In this document: positions 17,996-26,469 of the stretch, one piece after another | How positions within the stretch are numbered: position 1 is the stretch's first letter | How the letters are laid out: every line of letters starts with the position of its first letter | Source of the DNA: a virus | Length of the DNA: 64,000 nt | IMG/VR virus record: IMGVR_UViG_3300032323_002905 | Location: 1 to 64,000 of that record | Direction: 5' to 3' (one strand) | Translations under genes and position numbers: made by a program | Notes under the pieces: model-generated | Told to the model about the DNA's origin: nothing | What the model saw: only the letters and a program-made list of their open reading frames with translations | Databases searched by the model: none

Positions 17996-19809
17996 TACTT
18001 ATCATAATTGTTATTATCTCCAGTGGATAATGCTATAAATCTTTGATCTCCAAATGTTGTTACATTATTAGCATAATAATATGATTTTCTTCCTTCTTCA
18101 TCTGTAAGAGTTTGTACTAATCTAGTATCACTTCCATAAGTATTTTTTTGCTTTTGTGGAGCAAAAGTATGTATTGGAGTAAAGTTAAATCCTGATACTT
18201 TAATTATATGTGGTAATTCTTTAACAGAAGGATCAATTCCTCCTACATTATTAATTCCTATTTCCCAAGGTGATTCTGATGGTACATCATAAGTTAAACT
18301 AGTTATAAATCCTGGTTGAGAATATAAATATCCTCCTACAGTAAGCCTAACTAAAGTACCAGCCATATATCCATTATCATTATATGTAGGAGCTAAAGAT
18401 GATGCTAAGTAATTTAATTTTTGATGCATTGGAATAAGTTCATCTTTTGATTGTGCTGCTACAGTCCAAGACATATTTATTTGTCTAGTAAAAGAATCAT
18501 ATGTATAAAATTTTTCACCTCTACCTATATATTGAGTTGGTGACCAATCAGCGCTATAATTATCTGAGAATGAATCTATAAACGCTCTAAAATGTATAAA
18601 TGTACCATACGCTGGATCTACATTATCAATAACTTCAATTCTAAATTTAACTAAATCATTAGTTCCAGCAGGATCTACAAATTGAGAACGATATAATGGT
18701 TTAGCATTAATTTTATCTAAAGGTTCTGATCTAGTAGATGTAGATAATATTTTACCCCTTGTATAACTAATAATATTACCTCGAGCACCAGGATTACCTA
18801 AATTTACTCTATTTTCAATATTTTCTTTAGTATAATCTGGAGATTCTGAAATTATGCTGCTTTCTTCTACTCCATTAACTGCAACTCCTGTTAAACTATT
18901 TATTAATGTTTTTCTAAAATCTTCTTGAGGTAAAGGATTATAATTATAAGCGCTTCGTACATTAATATCTGAGAATTTTGGACTAGCTGTTATTGTTATA
19001 ACACCATTATCAACTGAGCCTGTTGTTGTATTTCTTCCTTGAGCTAAATAACCTATACCATTATAAGTAGTGACTAAATAGTTATATATATTTAAATCTG
19101 TATTTTTATATAAATTAACTCTAGGTGCTGAACCTCCTTTATTAGCAAATTGAATGTTAGTAGAACCTACACCTAAAAAAGCACCTGGGCCTCCTGGGTA
19201 TGTTAATATATTAGTATTATCATTACCTGTACGGTTATAATATACAATTTTATTAGTAGTTAATTCTATTAATCTATTACCTATTCCAGTATTGTCTTCT
19301 CCTTTAATTTGTGATATAACATCAATATATTTAGGTGAAAAATAACCATTAGGCAATAAACCTTGTTTATAAAATTGATGACCAAGAAATGGTGCTCCTA
19401 CCTGTGCTAAAGTATTAGTTGGTAAATAAGGACCATTATTTGGTTGTATTTTAGGCTCATTATAATCAGCGGCTTGTGTTCTAACGTTTGTTTGAGATAA
19501 AACATTTTGTTTAGCTATAAAAAGTAAACCTGGTGTAGTAGTAAAAAACTTAGATAAACGTTCTATATCTGTTGCAGAACGAGCTATAACTAATCCATTA
19601 GTATTAAATGTAGCTGAAGCTCCCGGAATTGGAGTAACTATAAAGGGTTGATTACTTGCTCCTCCACCTGGTGTATCTTTACCGTATTTAAGAGTTAAAA
19701 GAGGATCTATCCCATTTACACCACCTGCTAAGCCATTTGGTGTAGGATAACCTGTCCCTCCGTAAAATTTAAATCTACCGGGGTTAGTAAAGATATCTTT
19801 TAATCCCAT
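17995..19809 (-). CDS. Baseplate / tail-tube initiator-like protein
   Basis: C-terminal FRAFIDSFSDNY.ADW...YIGRGE...RLTVG..L...PGFITSL.Y; between tape measure and LysM genes. Confidence 0.6.
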   Translation of the reverse strand: MGLKDIFTNPGRFKFYGGTGYPTPNGLAGGVNGIDPLLTLKYGKDTPGGGASNQPFIVTPIPGASATFNTNGLVIARSATDIERLSKFFTTTPGLLFIAKQNVLSQTNVRTQAADYNEPKIQPNNGPYLPTNTLAQVGAPFLGHQFYKQGLLPNGYFSPKYIDVISQIKGEDNTGIGNRLIELTTNKIVYYNRTGNDNTNILTYPGGPGAFLGVGSTNIQFANKGGSAPRVNLYKNTDLNIYNYLVTTYNGIGYLAQGRNTTTGSVDNGVITITASPKFSDINVRSAYNYNPLPQEDFRKTLINSLTGVAVNGVEESSIISESPDYTKENIENRVNLGNPGARGNIISYTRGKILSTSTRSEPLDKINAKPLYRSQFVDPAGTNDLVKFRIEVIDNVDPAYGTFIHFRAFIDSFSDNYSADWSPTQYIGRGEKFYTYDSFTRQINMSWTVAAQSKDELIPMHQKLNYLASSLAPTYNDNGYMAGTLVRLTVGGYLYSQPGFITSLTYDVPSESPWEIGINNVGGIDPSVKELPHIIKVSGFNFTPIHTFAPQKQKNTYGSDTRLVQTLTDEEGRKSYYYANNVTTFGDQRFIALSTGDNNNYDK

Positions 19810-20078
19810 TACGCTGGTTTAACGTTTACGTATTTTTGTGCTGGAGTTTTAAGATCAAGGTTTGATGGTTGAGGTAATGTATTTAATGTTCCATCATCAT
19901 ACTTATTATAATCACGTGTTACAGTTGAGTTAAAAGCACCATTTAATGAATATCCTGGAGCTTCTCCAAAAGCATGCATTTTTGATTCTTTAGTTGCTAA
20001 TGGATTAACGGGTGGTGTACCACCGTCGTATTTACTTTGGTTTGAACCTTGTTTTCTTAATCTGTCTAATAAGCCCAT
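19809..20078 (-). CDS. Hypothetical virion protein
   Basis: 89 aa; late motif at 20100-20108. Confidence 0.7.
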   Translation of the reverse strand: MGLLDRLRKQGSNQSKYDGGTPPVNPLATKESKMHAFGEAPGYSLNGAFNSTVTRDYNKYDDGTLNTLPQPSNLDLKTPAQKYVNVKPA

Positions 20079-20099
20079 AGTTTTATGTTTTAATTTTAT

Positions 20100-20108
20100 T
20101 ATAAATAT
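20100..20108 (-). promoter_or_regulatory. Late-type motif ATATTTATA
   Basis: Recurrent motif upstream of structural genes. Confidence 0.55.
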
Positions 20109-20113
20109 TAATA

Positions 20114-22453
20114 TTATGTTACTTTGTATGTACCCATACCAAATGCGGTACCTCCTCTAGTAGTGTCAAATAATGCAACTCCTTCTTTATTTAATATAGC
20201 ATTTAATGTGGCGTTCATTTTTTCTAAATGATTTAACATAGGAATATCAGTTGATGATGGAGAAGATGGACTTCTTCCTAAATTAGTACCGGCCACAACT
20301 GTGTCATTAGGATCTAAACTATATGTACCTTTTTTACCTGATACCATTAAACCACCGTCTGGAGATATTTGAGCATCATCAACACTTTTTACATTAGAAT
20401 AAATAGCAGCTCCTATTGTTCCTGCTATCGCTAAACCCGCTAAAGCAGCAATTGGGTTACCAATAGCCTTAGCTACAGCTTGTGCAACTAAAATAGTTAA
20501 TTTATTTTTTTCTACCATAGCTTGTGCTACAGCAGCTACTGTTGATTGTCTTTGAGCCGCAATACTAGCAATCTGTATTCCTTTTATTAACAAATATGTA
20601 CCAGCTATACCACCTAATAATTTACCCATGTCGGCTAACGCCATATTTCCTGTATGGAATAAATCAACTATTGCTTTAATACCTTCTCCTAAAAATTTAA
20701 TTGGGATTAAAATAACATTTAAAGCAGCAGTAATACCAGGAAGTATAACATTAAGTAAATCCATAAAAGGAGATAGTATTTGTAATATTGGTTCAGCTAA
20801 TGATACAAAAACTTCTCTTAATTTTTCTATTGTATTATTATATCGTTCAGCTATTGATTGTTGAGCAAATTGATTCGCTAATTGATCATTACCTAATTGT
20901 TTTTTAGCTTTTTCTAAACCTACTTGTTTAACTAAATTATTAAATTTTTCTTGAGCAGTAGCACCTTCAGTTTCTGATAAAGCTGCTAATGCTTCTCTAT
21001 CCATTAATGATTGAGCTAATTCATTTCGTTCCATTCCTGCTGCTTTAGCAATGGCTTCTTGTTGAATTCTATTCATGTTAGCAAAATCAGCAGATGTACC
21101 TACTTGTTTTGCAATTTCTTCCGCTGCTCCTGCAATATCGTTATTTAAAGCTAAAAATCTTGCTCTTTCAAAGTTAAGATTTTTACCAGTTAATAATTCA
21201 GCTTCTAATTCATTTGTTATTGAACTTTCAAAATTTAATAATCCTGAAGCTATTTTTTCAGCTTGTTCTAAATTTAAACCAAATTGTTTTGCTTTTACTA
21301 CAGCCTCAGCTACCGCAGCTGCACTACCACCTAATGATAATTTAATAGCTGCTGATGTTTTAGATACTTCTTTTAAAACATCTTTTTCATTAACTACTAA
21401 TTTATTTCGAGAAGCATAAGCTTCAGCAGCTCCTAATATTTCAGATGTATTGTCTTTTAATGTTTTACCATTAACTAAAGATATTTTTTCAATACCTATT
21501 AATTCATCATTAGTATAACCAGCTTGTTCTCTTAATTTAGTAAAAGTAATTAAATCTTTTTCATTTAGTATAGCGTTGGAACCTAATGATTTACCAACAG
21601 CTATTACACTTTCATTTAATCCTTTAGTATTAACCGCAGCATCACCTGTTAAAGCTGCAGTTTGTGTTAATTGAGTATTTAATGCTAACGCATCACTATA
21701 ACTCATATTAAATGCTTTAGCTGTATCTCCAGCTAATTTATCTGTTTTACTAAGAGCGTTAACTAATTCTTTAAAAGCTAAAGTAACTAACGCTGCTGGG
21801 TCTACAGAATTTGTAATATTTTTTGTTATTTCTTTAGTTAAATGTCTAGAAGCTTCAAGGTTACTTATATTTCCTTCATTTTTAGCTACCATTTCTTTAG
21901 TAGAAGCTAATGCTTTACTTAAACCTAACTGGGTATCTAAAGCGCCTAAACCAGCTTTTTGTAATCCTTTACTAAGACCTTCAGTAGCTGCTCCTAAACT
22001 ACCTATTGATTTATCAATTTTATCAGCTTCCGCGGCTTGAGATTCTAAAGCTTTTACTATTTCAGCTTCATATGCTTGAGTTTTAGCTAACTCTTCATTT
22101 AAATGTTTCGTATTTCCTAAATTATTACGGGAAGCTATTTCTAATTGTTTTTCAATAGATTGAAGCTTAATTTTTCTAGCTTCAATTTGTTTATTAACTT
22201 CAGCTCTAGTTAATTCACCTTTAGTTAATTTGGTTAGATTTTTTTCAATTACATCTGTAGACTTAGCTAATGAATTTAATCCACCTTGTATATCTCGAGT
22301 TAATGTTTTACTAAATGTACTAGTATTATTTAAAGCGTCTCTAAAGATGTCACCAACTTGACTAGAAATAGACCTTAAAGCATCTTCAACTATAATTGAA
22401 GTTTCTTTAGCGGTCTGTTTTATATTTTCTTTATCGTTTTTATTTAAAGCCAT
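20114..22453 (-). CDS. Tape measure protein
   Basis: 779 aa, Ala/Leu/Lys-rich helical with hydrophobic C-terminal segments; follows tube and chaperone genes. Confidence 0.8.
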   Translation of the reverse strand: MALNKNDKENIKQTAKETSIIVEDALRSISSQVGDIFRDALNNTSTFSKTLTRDIQGGLNSLAKSTDVIEKNLTKLTKGELTRAEVNKQIEARKIKLQSIEKQLEIASRNNLGNTKHLNEELAKTQAYEAEIVKALESQAAEADKIDKSIGSLGAATEGLSKGLQKAGLGALDTQLGLSKALASTKEMVAKNEGNISNLEASRHLTKEITKNITNSVDPAALVTLAFKELVNALSKTDKLAGDTAKAFNMSYSDALALNTQLTQTAALTGDAAVNTKGLNESVIAVGKSLGSNAILNEKDLITFTKLREQAGYTNDELIGIEKISLVNGKTLKDNTSEILGAAEAYASRNKLVVNEKDVLKEVSKTSAAIKLSLGGSAAAVAEAVVKAKQFGLNLEQAEKIASGLLNFESSITNELEAELLTGKNLNFERARFLALNNDIAGAAEEIAKQVGTSADFANMNRIQQEAIAKAAGMERNELAQSLMDREALAALSETEGATAQEKFNNLVKQVGLEKAKKQLGNDQLANQFAQQSIAERYNNTIEKLREVFVSLAEPILQILSPFMDLLNVILPGITAALNVILIPIKFLGEGIKAIVDLFHTGNMALADMGKLLGGIAGTYLLIKGIQIASIAAQRQSTVAAVAQAMVEKNKLTILVAQAVAKAIGNPIAALAGLAIAGTIGAAIYSNVKSVDDAQISPDGGLMVSGKKGTYSLDPNDTVVAGTNLGRSPSSPSSTDIPMLNHLEKMNATLNAILNKEGVALFDTTRGGTAFGMGTYKVT

Positions 22454-22466
22454 TTAAATATTTTGT

Positions 22467-22475
22467 TATAAATAT
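22467..22475 (-). promoter_or_regulatory. Late-type motif ATATTTATA
   Basis: 13 nt upstream of tape measure ATG. Confidence 0.55.
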
Positions 22476-22476
22476 T

Positions 22477-22503
22477 AAAGGCACCTATTTTCTAGATGCC
22501 TTT
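22477..22503 (-). terminator. Hairpin overlapping stop codon
   Basis: AAAGGCA...TGCCTTT inverted repeat. Confidence 0.4.
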
Positions 22504-22772
22504 GTACTATAAGTTGGTTGATTTGCTGATTGTAATTTTTGTTTAGCTGATTTAGGATCAGCAAAATCAATATTATTTTTGCCTTTTGAAGCATTTGTAT
22601 AAGCATCAGATTCTTTTTGTCTTTGATCTGCTATAAAGTTAAATGTTAATTTTCTTAACCAAATAGGCATTTCATATACAGTATGGAAATCATATCCACC
22701 ATTACCATAATAACATATATCATGGATAACTTTAAATAATTGAAATCTGTATTCGTTACTCAGGCCAAAAAA
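22485..22772 (-). CDS. Tail assembly chaperone extension (gp51/gpT-like), probably reached by frameshift
   Basis: FFGLSNEYRFQLFKVIHDICYYGNGGYDFHTVYEMPIWLRK; +1 frame relative to the upstream gene across a T7 run. Confidence 0.65.
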   Translation of the reverse strand, partial: FFGLSNEYRFQLFKVIHDICYYGNGGYDFHTVYEMPIWLRKLTFNFIADQRQKESDAYTNASKGKNNIDFADPKSAKQKLQSANQPTYSTKASRK

Positions 22773-23496
22773 ACGTAATAGTAATAGGAATGTTGATGAC
22801 CTCCGATTCACCATCTGAATTAATATAATTTGCTGTTAATTCAATATCTGGTTGTGTTTTTCTAAGATGTTCTCTAAACTCTTTAGAATCTCTAGCTAAT
22901 AAGTAATTATCAACAAATTCTCTAATTGTTTTTTTATCTGTATTTCCACCAACTGATAAAATCATATATTTTAATCTAGTTGATAATTCTGCAGATGAAT
23001 TTTTATCAATTTTTTTCAATCCATCTAATTCAGCTTGAACTTCTTTTTCATCTTTACCTGTTAATAACTTATATGTTATCTCAGTTTTTGAATGAGGAAA
23101 TGTATAGCTAAATGTATTTGTACCTGGAGTTAGTAATGATTCATCTAAATAGCGAGTTGGACATTCAGTTAAGTCTATTGTCACTATTTCATCTCCCATT
23201 TTAAAACTATAATCTTTACCGTATCCTAAAATACGAGCAGCAATCATAATAGCATTTTTATCACCTACAATTAAATCATCATAATTAATTTTAGATACAA
23301 TTAATGATTGTAATAATTTATCTAAAACTGTACCTTGTTTAATATAATTCTGGTTAGTTAATATATCCTCTTCTTTCGCCGTCATATATTTCATTTCGAC
23401 TTTACCACTTGATAACAGGTTATCTGCGGGGTATATTAAACCTTTTGATGGTAACTCTACCATTTCTGTTGGGAACTTAAATTTGTTATCTTCCAT
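22756..23496 (-). CDS. T4 gp26-like baseplate hub / tail assembly chaperone
   Basis: VELPSKG..Y, MKYMTAKEEDIL, DL..GD...I.IAARILGYG, ends FFWPE; between tube and tape measure. Confidence 0.8.
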   Translation of the reverse strand: MEDNKFKFPTEMVELPSKGLIYPADNLLSSGKVEMKYMTAKEEDILTNQNYIKQGTVLDKLLQSLIVSKINYDDLIVGDKNAIMIAARILGYGKDYSFKMGDEIVTIDLTECPTRYLDESLLTPGTNTFSYTFPHSKTEITYKLLTGKDEKEVQAELDGLKKIDKNSSAELSTRLKYMILSVGGNTDKKTIREFVDNYLLARDSKEFREHLRKTQPDIELTANYINSDGESEVINIPITITFFWPE

Positions 23497-23528
23497 AAAT
23501 TTGATTTGTTTATAACTATGTTTATATA

Positions 23529-23537
23529 TATAAATAT
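23529..23537 (-). promoter_or_regulatory. Late-type motif ATATTTATA
   Basis: 32 nt upstream of ATG 23496. Confidence 0.5.
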
Positions 23538-23540
23538 ATG

Positions 23541-23570
23541 AAGAAAAAAGAAGCTCGCCAAAAGGCGAGC
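23541..23570 (-). terminator. Rho-independent terminator after tail tube gene
   Basis: GCTCGCC-TTTT-GGCGAGC followed by TTCTTTTTT on minus strand. Confidence 0.8.
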
Positions 23571-23602
23571 CATCTTAGTCCTGTATTTCGGGGGAGGGAT
23601 TT

Positions 23603-24091
23603 TTAGAAATTTAAAATACAATAATCTGGTTGTACAGTTAATGTGATATTTTGAGCTGTTGATTCATTATCCCAATTGTAATCACCAAAGTTCGCATTTG
23701 TAATTAAAGCTCCTTTAATAATCCATTCTGAAACAATATCACCTACTGGTCCTAATACATCTAATGTTAAGTCTTTCTTATAGAAATCACTATAACCATC
23801 TCTACCAGTTACTGATTCGTGATGTAAACGTACCCATTCCATTACTGCTTGAGCACCTGAAGGAGTGATTGGGTCAAATAATGTCATTTGAATTTCACCC
23901 CATTTACTTTTACCTTTAACAAAACGTTGAACGTTAATGTGATTTAAAACTACTGAGTCTTGAGTTAAATTTACACCTGCAACTCCTTTAATAATATACG
24001 CTGGAATTCCATCCATGTATAAAATGAAACGGTTCTGTTGTTTCGGTTCGAACGCTGTGAAAAATATTTCGTTTGGATCTAATACTGCCAT
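23603..24091 (-). CDS. gp19: Tail tube protein (T4 gp19-like)
   Basis: FEPK..NRF, GK.KW..I..TLFD, WIIKGA; immediately after sheath. Confidence 0.88.
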   Translation of the reverse strand: MAVLDPNEIFFTAFEPKQQNRFILYMDGIPAYIIKGVAGVNLTQDSVVLNHINVQRFVKGKSKWGEIQMTLFDPITPSGAQAVMEWVRLHHESVTGRDGYSDFYKKDLTLDVLGPVGDIVSEWIIKGALITNANFGDYNWDNESTAQNITLTVQPDYCILNF

Positions 24092-24116
24092 GTTTATTTT
24101 GTTATTTATTCTTTAT

Positions 24117-24125
24117 TATAAATAT
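24117..24125 (-). promoter_or_regulatory. Late-type motif ATATTTATA
   Basis: 25 nt upstream of tube ATG. Confidence 0.55.
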
Positions 24126-24140
24126 TATTTAATTTAATCC

Positions 24141-26141
24141 TTACGCTGGGAAAGTTGCTCCTGTAGGTAAGATGTTGAAATCTAAGTAAATAAATTCAGC
24201 TGTTCTTGTAGGTTGGATATAAATTTGTCCGATTAACTCATTTCTATCAATTACGTCTGCTGTATTATTTGTTTCATTCATAATTACTCTAAACGCAAAT
24301 AAACCTTGTTTTTGTTGAACTGATTCTAAGTATGGATTTACTTGTGATAAGAATGCATTTCTTGTTGCGATTGTATTTTGTTCAAATACTAATGTATTAG
24401 CAACTTGTGAAATGTAGTTCTTAAGAGCAATTAATAATCTTCTAACATTTACTCTATCTAAAGCTGATGCTTGAGTTTGTAATGTTTTCTGACCATATAC
24501 TACTGTACCTGTTCCAGGGAATGTAGCAATAGGATTTACTTTGTTTGTGTATAAAGTATCTCTAGAAGATTGAGGTAATTTTTGTTCTGCTCTAATTACT
24601 TGTAATCCACCTCTGTTAATACCAGCTGGTGCAAACCAAGGCTCAGCTACTGTATCATTGAATGCAAACACACCTGCCATTACTGTTGATGCTGGAACCC
24701 AAACATTCTTTCCTGTAGCAGGATCAATCATTTGAACCCAAGGCCAGTATGAAGCAGCATATGAAGTATTTCTTGAATTAGCTTGTGTTGTTACTGTTGA
24801 AATAGTAGTGTTATAAGGTACTAAATCTAATACAAATAAACTATCACCTCTTGTTTGAGTATTATTAATCATGTTTGTACACTGTGATGTGTATCCTGAG
24901 TTATATAATCCTGGAGCAAATAAGATATTAAATTTGTATTCATCTTGATTTGATAATAAGTCGATCATATTATCATAATCAGTACCTACTAAACCTTGTG
25001 TATTTGTACCATTGATAGTTTCGTAAAAATTAGCTCCACCTGCTACTTGTCCTACACCACCTGTAAATGAACCACTTGCATTAACTGGAATTGACGCTGT
25101 ATATTGTGGTTTAGCTACTCCTGTATTAGTAAAGTAATATGGAGTTGGAGTATTTACTGCTGATACTCTTACATAACGTGAAGCGTTAAAATAAGAACCA
25201 GATACTTCAATTTGATTTGTTGTTGGGTTATAATTTTGATCTTGATCTCCAATTACTCTTGAAATAAAATTAGGAGCAAATGGGTCTAATGATAATCCTG
25301 TCCAAGTTTCTAATACAATTGGATTATTTGTATTGTCATTACCTTGACGAATTAATAAACTAAATGTTCCAGATGCTGTATCAGCATTTGAAATTTGCCA
25401 TCTGATATTATCTGCTGTTCCTGAAGCTAATGAACCACTTACATCCATTGATGAAGAACTGTTCATAATAATACCTTCAGATAATGTAGTTAAAACAAAT
25501 GCTGGAGTAGTTGAATTTACAATATCTGCCGCTGCTAATGTTACAACTACATTACCAACAGTTCCAATTGAACCTGATAAGAATGTAAATGTTTCACCAA
25601 TAGCATATCCTGTTCCTGCTGTAGTAGCAGTAATACTAGTTACTAACGAGCCACTAGTTTTAGTTATACTAAATACTGCTCCTGATCCTGTTGCGCCTGA
25701 ATAGGTATAACCACTACCTGTAGCTAAACTACCTGTGGTACCTGTTACTGAAGCTGTTGAGTTAGTAGAAATGTTACTTAAAGCAGAACCTGTAGTTAAT
25801 ACTCCACTTTCTACATTATTTAAAATTGCTGTACTAGTTGCTGGTGTCCAAGTATTACTTGCACTTACTACTCTAGCTACTAATAATGATGTACCACCAT
25901 TATTAAAATAATTATAAGCAGCAATTGAAGTGAAAAATGATACATTATCACTACCACTTTGGAATCCTGCACCAAATTTATTTACGTAATCGCTGTATGA
26001 GGTAACAACAGTTGGAATTTCAACGGGACCTAAAACTGTAGGACCTATAATTGCTGCACCTACGTTAACTGGTTGTTGTGTGATAAACGATGAATCGTTT
26101 TCTCTTGCTAATACACCAGGGGAAATTAATGTTTCTGCCAT
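24141..26141 (-). CDS. gp18: Contractile tail sheath protein (T4 gp18-like)
   Basis: SPGV..RE.D, YWPW, PWFAPAG..RG, VNPI, GQKT, RVNVRRL, FEQN, IQPTRTAEFI. Confidence 0.95.
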   Translation of the reverse strand: MAETLISPGVLARENDSSFITQQPVNVGAAIIGPTVLGPVEIPTVVTSYSDYVNKFGAGFQSGSDNVSFFTSIAAYNYFNNGGTSLLVARVVSASNTWTPATSTAILNNVESGVLTTGSALSNISTNSTASVTGTTGSLATGSGYTYSGATGSGAVFSITKTSGSLVTSITATTAGTGYAIGETFTFLSGSIGTVGNVVVTLAAADIVNSTTPAFVLTTLSEGIIMNSSSSMDVSGSLASGTADNIRWQISNADTASGTFSLLIRQGNDNTNNPIVLETWTGLSLDPFAPNFISRVIGDQDQNYNPTTNQIEVSGSYFNASRYVRVSAVNTPTPYYFTNTGVAKPQYTASIPVNASGSFTGGVGQVAGGANFYETINGTNTQGLVGTDYDNMIDLLSNQDEYKFNILFAPGLYNSGYTSQCTNMINNTQTRGDSLFVLDLVPYNTTISTVTTQANSRNTSYAASYWPWVQMIDPATGKNVWVPASTVMAGVFAFNDTVAEPWFAPAGINRGGLQVIRAEQKLPQSSRDTLYTNKVNPIATFPGTGTVVYGQKTLQTQASALDRVNVRRLLIALKNYISQVANTLVFEQNTIATRNAFLSQVNPYLESVQQKQGLFAFRVIMNETNNTADVIDRNELIGQIYIQPTRTAEFIYLDFNILPTGATFPA

Positions 26142-26169
26142 GTTATTTGTTAATAAGTTTAATGTTTAT

Positions 26170-26178
26170 TATAAATAT
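26170..26178 (-). promoter_or_regulatory. Late-type motif ATATTTATA
   Basis: 28 nt upstream of sheath ATG. Confidence 0.55.
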
Positions 26179-26195
26179 ATTAAGGAGTTTTAAAA

Positions 26196-26447
26196 TCATT
26201 CGTTTCCGATGAATTCTCCACTATCTATATTAATAGTTCCTACACCATATTTTGATTGAAGTTCTTGACTTAATTTTAATTCTGTTATTTTAATTTCTTT
26301 AAGTTCTTCAGTTACTTCTTGTTTTTGTAATTTTAAATCTTGAATTGACATTTCAATTAATCCGTATTTATCAATTACTTCTGCTCTTAATTTTTGAATT
26401 TCTTTTACTGATGAAATTTCTTGTTCTGTTAATTTTTCTATTTTCAT
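26196..26447 (-). CDS. Small coiled-coil protein (possible fibre assembly chaperone)
   Basis: 83 aa, heptad-like, ends KYGVGTINIDSGEF; follows fibre gene. Confidence 0.7.
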   Translation of the reverse strand: MKIEKLTEQEISSVKEIQKLRAEVIDKYGLIEMSIQDLKLQKQEVTEELKEIKITELKLSQELQSKYGVGTINIDSGEFIGNE

Positions 26448-26469
26448 GACTTTTATATTATTTTAATTA

